From: a virus
Taxonomy: Duplodnaviria > Caudoviricetes
Length of the DNA: 30,872 bases
Strand: one strand, 5' to 3'
Virus record (IMG/VR): IMGVR_UViG_3300034062_004747
Coordinates: 1-30,872 of that record
Below, piece after piece: positions 24,710 through 30,872 of the stretch (its first letter is position 1; every line of letters begins with the position of its first letter). The position numbers were made by a program, and so were the translations under genes. The notes beneath the pieces are model-generated. The model was not told where the DNA came from. It searched no databases and saw only the letters and a list, made by a program, of their open reading frames with translations.

Positions 24710-25678
24710 ATGACTTATTCATCAGGAGGCTTGATCCAGGCCACAGACTACAATGGTTTTGCCAGTACCACTGCAAGCGCCAACGTCAATGATCTTTGGG
24801 CCACCGGTGCTACTGATAAAGGTTGGGGACAAACAGCACTAAGCACTGTGAGTGCAGCCGGAGTTGTTACTGCAACCAACTGGGCAAGTCTTGTTAATAC
24901 TATCAGCAGCATGGGCAGCCAAACTGGCACAACTATCACAGCAAGATCAGCTCCTGTAACTGGCAACCTGATTCAGATTCTTGCTGCTCTCAACACAGAC
25001 CTAACCAACATAACTACCAACCGACTCAACGCTGTGGCCAACGGCACACAGTATACAGCCTGGACTGGCACCAACTCAAAGACTGCTGCTACTTCGGGAG
25101 CAACTTGGAGCTTTACATTTACCAACACAGTGACATTTGCCAGTGCAGCAGCAGCACGTTACTTTTTCAACGGTGGGGGTCGCATCAAGCTGGATGTGAG
25201 CAAAACAGCCACTGGCGACCTGGGCGACCCAGAATGGAATGACTTGGCCAATACCTTGTGTGGCGACATTTTCTTCACGGGTGGCACTGGAACTGCTGTA
25301 ATTTCAGGCGCATCTTACACAGGCACAACCAAAGTTGGCGGAACAGGCACACCAAACATATTGCTCACCACCACAGGATTCTATGACCTGACTCCCGGCG
25401 GTGCAGCTACCATTATCTACAAGCAGTTTGCTGACACTGTTCCCTACACCAGCAACTTTATCCAACACAGTGCTGCTCTCAACGCTGCAAGCACCATACT
25501 GACATTTACCACATTATGGAGTGCCAGCGACGGCGACGCAATTTCGGGTGGCACAGCCTCAACGGGAGCCACTCCTGGAACAGCACCAACCACAATTTGC
25601 ACCTATTTCCCACCTAGTACAACCTATCTGACTACTGCAAGTTGGGAAACCCCAACAGTGGCAGCAACCACAGTCTAA
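24710..25678 (+). CDS. Thr/Ala/Gly/Ser-rich virion structural protein, fibre- or baseplate-associated (322 aa)
   Basis: AGGA-type RBS near 24700. The sequence is beta-rich and low in charge (MTYSSGGLIQATDYN...FASAAAARYFFNGGGRIKL). It is the last gene before the terminator. Confidence 0.65.
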   Translation: MTYSSGGLIQATDYNGFASTTASANVNDLWATGATDKGWGQTALSTVSAAGVVTATNWASLVNTISSMGSQTGTTITARSAPVTGNLIQILAALNTDLTNITTNRLNAVANGTQYTAWTGTNSKTAATSGATWSFTFTNTVTFASAAAARYFFNGGGRIKLDVSKTATGDLGDPEWNDLANTLCGDIFFTGGTGTAVISGASYTGTTKVGGTGTPNILLTTTGFYDLTPGGAATIIYKQFADTVPYTSNFIQHSAALNAASTILTFTTLWSASDGDAISGGTASTGATPGTAPTTICTYFPPSTTYLTTASWETPTVAATTV

Positions 25679-25681
25679 CCA

Positions 25682-25717
25682 AAAGGGCCGCAAGGCCCTT
25701 TACCTTTGTTACTTTTT
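25682..25717 (+). terminator. Intrinsic (rho-independent) terminator
   Basis: Perfect stem AAAGGGCC/GGCCCTTT (25682-25689 and 25694-25701) with a GCAA GNRA tetraloop, 3 nt after the stop, followed by a T-rich tract. Confidence 0.85.
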
Positions 25718-25727
25718 CCTGTATACT
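25699..25727 (+). promoter_or_regulatory. Putative sigma70-like promoter for the glycosyltransferase/radical SAM operon
   Basis: TTTACC (25699-25704, 4/6 to TTGACA), a 17-bp spacer, then TATACT (25722-25727, 5/6 to TATAAT). The ATG follows 6 nt later with no Shine-Dalgarno. Confidence 0.45.
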
Positions 25728-25733
25728 ACTAGC

Positions 25734-26039
25734 ATGGATACTGATGCTTTAATTGTTCACTCGCGAGCACGTTTTGATCATGTGACTGCTCGTCGCATAC
25801 TCAAAGAAAAATACCAAGCACGTATGTTGTTTGCCTACGCCAGCGGCATGTGGCGTGCCGGTCCTGAACTGCTGACTGTGTTGGCAACATGTCCCGACGA
25901 GTCAGCAGTGTTGCTGGATTTGTATGACGCTCCAATCAGAGTTGATGTTAGAGAACTTGAATTGGCAGCACAACAACGCTGGCAAGAGCAAATGAATGCT
26001 TGGCTAGTAGAATACGAAACCAACAGTCAAAAACGATGA
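25734..26039 (+). CDS. Hypothetical protein (101 aa), first gene of the overlapping operon
   Basis: ORF whose TGA overlaps the next ATG (ATGA at 26036-26039). No recognisable catalytic motif. Confidence 0.75.
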   Translation: MDTDALIVHSRARFDHVTARRILKEKYQARMLFAYASGMWRAGPELLTVLATCPDESAVLLDLYDAPIRVDVRELELAAQQRWQEQMNAWLVEYETNSQKR

Positions 26040-26848
26040 CCACAGGCGCACTTATTTTTGCGTTCAACAATGAACAAATCGACTACCTGGCCATGGCTGC
26101 GTGGAGTGCTAAAAACATTCGCAGACATCTTGACATACCAGTTGCAGTTGTTACAGATGCAGACCCTGCAGACCCTAGACTCAATGGATTTGATCAAGTC
26201 GTGCCAGCCACAGCCAAATCTGGTGGAACACGATACTTTGAAGATTACGCTAGCACAGTGACCTGGCACAATGCTGGCAGGGTCAACGCATATGATCTAA
26301 CACCCTGGGATCGTACCCTGGTATTGGACGCTGACTATGTGGTAGCCTGCTCTGATCTCAAAAGAATTTTAGAATACAACACAGACTTTATGTGTCATCG
26401 ATCGGCCGTCAACTTCAACACTGGGCATCCTTTGAAAGGACTCAATGTTTTTGGGCGCCATGACATGCCCATGTGGTGGGCCACAGTAATGGTATTTCGT
26501 CGATCAAACACTGCACAATACATATTTGACTGCATGCAGATGATACGAAGCAACTGGGAACATTATCGAGCATTGTATGGCATTGACAAAAAGACCTATC
26601 GTAATGATTTTGCCCTAAGCATTGCCCTGGGAATTGTAAGCGGCCACACAGGCAAAGTAGATGAAATACCTTGGCCCTTACTGACTGTGATGCCAGACAC
26701 AGTGCTGACCAAAATTGCACACCAAACTGATGCATACCGCATCACATATTGCGACCCAGACAACCAATCAAAATACATTCAATGGCATACTACAGATTTT
26801 CATGCCATGGGCAAACAGCACTTGGAGAACATAATTGCGGCCCATTGA
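26036..26848 (+). CDS. GT-A fold glycosyltransferase (GT8-like nucleotide-diphospho-sugar transferase)
   Basis: Start moved from the track's 26000 to the coupled ATG at 26036. It has an N-terminal strand-helix (LIFAFNN..DYLAMAAWSAKNIRRH..IPVAVVTD), AYDLTPWDRTLVLDADY with DxD at 26327-26335, RND, and a C-terminal FHAMGK His. Confidence 0.75.
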   Translation: MTTGALIFAFNNEQIDYLAMAAWSAKNIRRHLDIPVAVVTDADPADPRLNGFDQVVPATAKSGGTRYFEDYASTVTWHNAGRVNAYDLTPWDRTLVLDADYVVACSDLKRILEYNTDFMCHRSAVNFNTGHPLKGLNVFGRHDMPMWWATVMVFRRSNTAQYIFDCMQMIRSNWEHYRALYGIDKKTYRNDFALSIALGIVSGHTGKVDEIPWPLLTVMPDTVLTKIAHQTDAYRITYCDPDNQSKYIQWHTTDFHAMGKQHLENIIAAH

Positions 26849-27596
26849 AGAACAAGGTTATGTTGTGGTAGCAGTCAACACAGACACAGTTGACTACGTT
26901 CGTTGCGCTGGCATGTTGGTTCAAAGTCTAAAGACACAGCATCCTGCTGCAAAAGTGTGTTTAATAACAGATCAACCAGTAGAGGATCCTGTGTTTGATT
27001 ATGTGCATTTGTTGCCGGCGGTGGCGGAAAATGCCTATGCCAATGACGCAGCAGTATTTCAGTTAACACCGTTTCGTGAAACAATCAAGCTGGAAGCAGA
27101 CATGCTGATTGCTAGCCCTATCTCACACTGGTGGGACTTGTTTAGACACCGTGACGTTGTGATCAGTACAGGATGTAGAAACTGGCACGGCGATGTTAGC
27201 ACTGCTCGGCACTATCGCCGAGTGTTTGATCAAAATCATTTGCCTGATGTGTACAACGCCATTACTTACTGGCGACTGAGTGAAACTGCAAAAGAATTCT
27301 TTGATCTAGTTCGGGATATATTTGCCAACTGGGAACACGTTCGCACACTGATAAAGTTTGCACCTGCGGTAGCAGACACTGATCTAGTGTATGCTATGGC
27401 TGCACAGATCATAGGCGAACAAAGAGTTACCATGCCTTTTGTTACATATCCACAAATTGTTCACATGAAACCGCACCACGCAGGCACAACAGATCGTTGG
27501 ACACACGAATTGACCTGGGAACATGATCCATTGCGTATCAATACCGTGGCACAATGGGGTGCATTTCATTATCATATCAAGGAATGGCGACCATGA
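26835..27596 (+). CDS. GT-A fold glycosyltransferase-like protein, paralog of the preceding gene (ExD variant)
   Basis: TTG start with GGAG at 26824-26827. It is colinear with the upstream GT: [17 protein letters not shown] (EAD at 27093-27101), IFANWEHVR, and AFHYHIK. Confidence 0.7.
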   Translation: MRPIEEQGYVVVAVNTDTVDYVRCAGMLVQSLKTQHPAAKVCLITDQPVEDPVFDYVHLLPAVAENAYANDAAVFQLTPFRETIKLEADMLIASPISHWWDLFRHRDVVISTGCRNWHGDVSTARHYRRVFDQNHLPDVYNAITYWRLSETAKEFFDLVRDIFANWEHVRTLIKFAPAVADTDLVYAMAAQIIGEQRVTMPFVTYPQIVHMKPHHAGTTDRWTHELTWEHDPLRINTVAQWGAFHYHIKEWRP

Positions 27597-27925
27597 CACC
27601 TGATGAATTCTGGAGCATACTGCATGCAGTGCCCGAAACACAGCCATTAACCTATCGACTGTACCATGACTCAGTTGGGGTTTTGCTATTTTACAGCATG
27701 GAGCATTTGCCCGGTAACTACATTGAGATTGATGCTGCAACCTACGCTCGTAGCCCCAGTCGTGTGCGTGTGGTAAATGGTGTGTTGACTGAAACAAAAT
27801 GGCGCACAGTCAACAAACTAACTCCTGCACCCGCAGGCACACACTGTCACCCAACTGACGTGGCTGTGGTAGTTGAATCTGAACCTTATTGTGCCTGGAG
27901 CAAAAAAACATATGAAGCAAATTGA
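27593..27925 (+). CDS. Hypothetical protein (110 aa)
   Basis: Start moved to the ATGA overlap at 27593 ([14 protein letters not shown]...YRLYHD..G...[14 protein letters not shown]). No known catalytic motif. Confidence 0.7.
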   Translation: MTPDEFWSILHAVPETQPLTYRLYHDSVGVLLFYSMEHLPGNYIEIDAATYARSPSRVRVVNGVLTETKWRTVNKLTPAPAGTHCHPTDVAVVVESEPYCAWSKKTYEAN

Positions 27926-28838
27926 CATAGCAGACCTAGACTGCATTTACTTGAGTTACGATGAACCCAACAAAGAAGAAACCTGGACCAAGATCAAAAA
28001 CATGGTGCCTTGGGCAGTACGAGTTGATGGTGTAAAAGGTAGTGATGCTGCACACAAGGCCGCAGCAGAAGCATCTACCACAGAAAGATTTATTCTTGTG
28101 GACGGAGACAATATTCCTGACCCCAGCTTTTTTAATCAAACGCTTAGTTTTCCCACAGCTGAATATGAACAGGCAGTATTTCGCTGGAGAGCACGTAATC
28201 ACATCAATGGGCTAATGTATGGCAATGGTGGATTGAGCAGCTGGACTCGAGAGTTTGTGGCGCAAATGCGTACTCATGAAGCCACAGACGGCAGTGTTGA
28301 AACACAGGTTGAATTTTGTTTCAACCCACAGTACTGGCCCATGCACGATTGCTACAGCACAACATATCCCAATGGCAGTGCCAGCCAAGCCTGGCGTGCT
28401 GGTTTTCGAGAAGGCGTTAAAATGTGTCTGGACCGTGGACGCAGACCCAGCACAGAAGAATTTACCGATCGTGTACACAAACGAAATCTAGACAATCTTA
28501 CCATATGGCACAATGTAGGTGCAGATGTTGACCATGGCATGTGGGCCATTGCAGGTTCGCGAATGGGCACTTACATGACCATGCTGACCAATTGGGATCA
28601 TACGCAGGTGCAAGACTTTGCTGAACTGGATCAGTTGTGGCTCACAGTAAAAGACAGTGAACCACGCATTGTGGCAAATCGTGTGGGAGTTGATCTAGGC
28701 ACACAACTGGGCTTGCCCATGAGCATGCTGGAAGCAGAACAATCAGCATTCTTCAAACAGCACTATCGCAGCGACTGGCACAACCGTGGAGCAATGGTGC
28801 GAGAAATTGACGTTATCCGAGAACGTGAAGGTTGGTAA
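27912..28838 (+). CDS. Glycosyltransferase-like protein (GT-A-type DxD), 308 aa
   Basis: Start moved to the ATG at 27912, with GGAG at 27897-27900. [10 protein letters not shown]...[16 protein letters not shown]...[10 protein letters not shown] has DxD at 28101-28109 after a hydrophobic strand. The later [12 protein letters not shown] helix resembles GT-A C-terminal motifs. Confidence 0.6.
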   Translation: MKQIDIADLDCIYLSYDEPNKEETWTKIKNMVPWAVRVDGVKGSDAAHKAAAEASTTERFILVDGDNIPDPSFFNQTLSFPTAEYEQAVFRWRARNHINGLMYGNGGLSSWTREFVAQMRTHEATDGSVETQVEFCFNPQYWPMHDCYSTTYPNGSASQAWRAGFREGVKMCLDRGRRPSTEEFTDRVHKRNLDNLTIWHNVGADVDHGMWAIAGSRMGTYMTMLTNWDHTQVQDFAELDQLWLTVKDSEPRIVANRVGVDLGTQLGLPMSMLEAEQSAFFKQHYRSDWHNRGAMVREIDVIREREGW

Positions 28839-30226
28839 TGACCAAAGGCGATCAAAGCCATTTTTTAAATGCAGCAGAACAAATGCAGGACAAATTAGGA
28901 CCTGCACTGTGCCTGGCCAAGTGGAAACAAGTTAGTCTACACTTGCCCACAGGACTCAACAATAGCTGCTATCATCCTCCCCTGCATCGTATCAACATAG
29001 AAGATATTGGACGCAATCCGTCAGCACTGCACAATACCGAGCACAAAAAACAACAACGCAAACTCATGCTGGCAGGCACAAAGCCTGCTGAGTGTCAGTA
29101 TTGCTGGAACATGGAAGATCAAAACAAACTGAGTGATCGCCATTATAGATCAGGCGAGCCCTGGGCCGCAGTAGATTTTGAAAAAATAAAAAATAGTCAA
29201 GGATCTGAAGATGACATCATTCCCAGTTATGTGGAAGTTAATTTCAACAACGCTTGTAATCTCAAGTGTAGTTACTGCTCTCCGCAGTTTAGTTCAAGTT
29301 GGCAACAAGAAATGGAACGTGATGGGGCATATCCTACTATGGTGCCTCATAACGCTCCTGAGCATTTTGTTGGTGATCGTAAGCCCATCCCTGCCCGGGA
29401 ATCTAATCCCTATGTAGATGCCTTTTGGGCGTGGTGGCCCACGCTGTATCCTGAACTGGAACACTTTCGAATGACCGGCGGCGAACCACTACTGGACCGG
29501 AACACCTATAAAGTATTTGATTATGTGTTGGCCAACCCCAGCGCCAAATTGCATCTAAATGTCACAAGTAACTTTAGTGTAGAGCCCAAGCTGAGTGAAA
29601 AGTATTTTAACTATGTGAAACAACTGTGCAACGGTGGCATAGAACACTTTATGCAGTATGTTAGTCTGGATTCGGGCGTGCCTGCACAAGCTGAATACAT
29701 AAGAAATGGAATGGAATTCAGCAGAGTCAAATCAAATGTACACAATTATCTAACCAACATTCCCAGCTACAACAGTTTGACATTTATTATCACAATGAAC
29801 AATCTGTCAGTTACAGGTTTGAAACCTTTGTTGGAATGGATATTGCAGCTGAGACAACAACATTCGTCTACATATCAACGGGTATGGTTTGATACTCCTG
29901 TGCTGCGTGATCCTGCTTGGCAAAGTTTGCAAATTTTACCTGAGAGCTATGTACACAAACTTGAACAAGTGCGAGACTGGATGTTGACCCATTTAGAAAC
30001 GTCTAGTACACCATTTCAAGGATTCAAAGACTACGAAGTACAACGCTTGGACCGCGATATTGCCTGGATGCAAAGTGCGCAACATCAGGATCATTCTCAA
30101 GCACGAGCAGACTTTTATCGTTTCTTTTCAGAACACGATCGCCGCCGCAGTACAGACTTTTCAAAGACCTTTCCTGAAATGAAGTCATGGTGGGCAGAAT
30201 GTGAGTATCATGCTAGGGCCTCATAA
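28838..30226 (+). CDS. Radical SAM enzyme with an N-terminal twitch/SPASM-like auxiliary Fe-S motif
   Basis: Start moved to the TAATG overlap at 28838. CxxxCxxC is CNLKCSYC (29255-29278), and the GGE motif is MTGGEPLL. Extra N-terminal Cys codons at 28910, 28967, 29093 and 29102 give C-x18-C-x41-C-x2-C. Confidence 0.92.
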   Translation: MTKGDQSHFLNAAEQMQDKLGPALCLAKWKQVSLHLPTGLNNSCYHPPLHRINIEDIGRNPSALHNTEHKKQQRKLMLAGTKPAECQYCWNMEDQNKLSDRHYRSGEPWAAVDFEKIKNSQGSEDDIIPSYVEVNFNNACNLKCSYCSPQFSSSWQQEMERDGAYPTMVPHNAPEHFVGDRKPIPARESNPYVDAFWAWWPTLYPELEHFRMTGGEPLLDRNTYKVFDYVLANPSAKLHLNVTSNFSVEPKLSEKYFNYVKQLCNGGIEHFMQYVSLDSGVPAQAEYIRNGMEFSRVKSNVHNYLTNIPSYNSLTFIITMNNLSVTGLKPLLEWILQLRQQHSSTYQRVWFDTPVLRDPAWQSLQILPESYVHKLEQVRDWMLTHLETSSTPFQGFKDYEVQRLDRDIAWMQSAQHQDHSQARADFYRFFSEHDRRRSTDFSKTFPEMKSWWAECEYHARAS

Positions 30227-30872
30227 TATAGTAGTGGACGAATGGGCTGAAGTATGGGATTTATTAAAACCCTATGCTTTGGAAAGCTTCTGGGACTGGA
30301 AGTTGGTAAACTTTGATCCCAATAAGTTTTATATTGTGGGCCGTGTTGTTTTAAAAGAAAACTGGCAGTCAATCACTGATCTAGCACGCCAATACCCTGG
30401 ACGCATTGTGTTTTGCAATCCTGCAGAAGGATCTGAAACAATCAAACTACAGCTCTCAAGATTGCGAATTACTGATCTGGTGCAGAATCGCAGCATACGT
30501 ATGATAACCAGCGGCAACCTAGAAGCAGGGTTTCATGAACTCAGCACAGACTGTTACTTTTCAAACATAGTAGAATACACTGAAAATCTACTAGCAGCTG
30601 AATCAGATGTGTTTGCTGACCCAGTCAAACGCTATGAGTTTTTGTTTTTAAATGGGCGTCTGAGACCGCATCGTAAGTATCTAATAGATGCACTACGCAG
30701 CCAAGATCTCTTGAGAGATGCATTATGGACCAATCTGGGTAGCCAGGTTGAAATGGGCTTTACATCTGCTCTTGATACTGACAAACAGGAGTACATAAGA
30801 CTAGTGCCCCCGGAATATGAAATCCCTCGTGCCAGGCCCAATCTCAAGCCTAGTTTAAATTCAGGATTTGTC
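30210..30872 (+). CDS. 3'-truncated ORF absent from the track, putative GT-B-like (GT10/exostosin-like) protein
   Basis: Manual translation is open for 221 codons to the window end: MLGPHNIVVDEWAEVWDLLKPY...KRYEFLFLNGRLRPHRKYLIDALRSQDLLRDALWTNLG.... It overlaps the radical SAM stop by 17 nt. FLFLN.R.RPHR..L resembles the start of a GT-B nucleotide-sugar-binding lobe, but the diagnostic C-terminus is outside the window. Confidence 0.55.
   Translation, partial: MLGPHNIVVDEWAEVWDLLKPYALESFWDWKLVNFDPNKFYIVGRVVLKENWQSITDLARQYPGRIVFCNPAEGSETIKLQLSRLRITDLVQNRSIRMITSGNLEAGFHELSTDCYFSNIVEYTENLLAAESDVFADPVKRYEFLFLNGRLRPHRKYLIDALRSQDLLRDALWTNLGSQVEMGFTSALDTDKQEYIRLVPPEYEIPRARPNLKPSLNSGFV

Noticed and set aside
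1-25678. Bacterial T6SS, eCIS or tailocin interpretation of the gp5/gp25/gp6 genes
   Set aside because: T4-type late boxes, phage-style fibres, dense single-strand packing and the absence of Tss/Afp accessory genes favour a large phage. Capsid genes are outside the window, so this is not formally proven.
27897-27925. A7 run (27902-27908) in the overlap that could fuse the 110-aa protein to the third GT by slippage
   Set aside because: The run is short for transcriptional slippage, the fusion needs a +1 shift, and the downstream gene has its own GGAG and ATG.
205-30847. Many 60-165 aa alternative-frame and minus-strand ORFs in the track
   Set aside because: They all overlap long + strand genes and show no recognisable motifs. 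They are the expected antisense shadows of biased codon usage.
1-30872. Possible stop-codon recoding, since no called gene ends in TAG
   Set aside because: The genes are intact under the standard code, with no in-frame TAG or TGA breaks, so nothing supports reassignment.
1-30872. CRISPR arrays, tRNA/rRNA genes, integrases, transposases, DGR or retron elements
   Set aside because: Intergenic gaps are 60 bp or less, and I saw no repeat-spacer pattern, cloverleaf, reverse transcriptase or recombinase motif.

Overview
This window is part of a large, T4-like (myovirus or jumbo-type) dsDNA bacteriophage genome. All real genes lie on the + strand and read in the standard code. Bases 1-25.7 kb are a baseplate/tail module: a 5'-truncated gp5/VgrG-like hub-spike, a 592-aa protein with an apparently degenerate lysozyme-like segment, gp25-like and enlarged gp6-like wedge proteins, a 4965-aa mosaic virion protein, a 50-aa gene missed by the ORF track, a 201-aa structural protein and two fibre-like proteins. 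T4-late-like (TA)TAAATA boxes sit in four intergenic gaps, and a GNRA-loop terminator closes the module. From 25.7 kb to the end is a tightly overlapping operon behind a sigma70-like promoter: a small protein, two paralogous GT-A glycosyltransferases, a second small protein, a third DxD glycosyltransferase-like protein, a radical SAM enzyme with an N-terminal twitch-like Cys cluster, and a 3'-truncated GT-B-like protein. This operon is the best candidate for an undescribed system, possibly a phage glycan synthesis and tailoring pathway acting on the virion. All family assignments come from motif recognition by eye; no database search was run.
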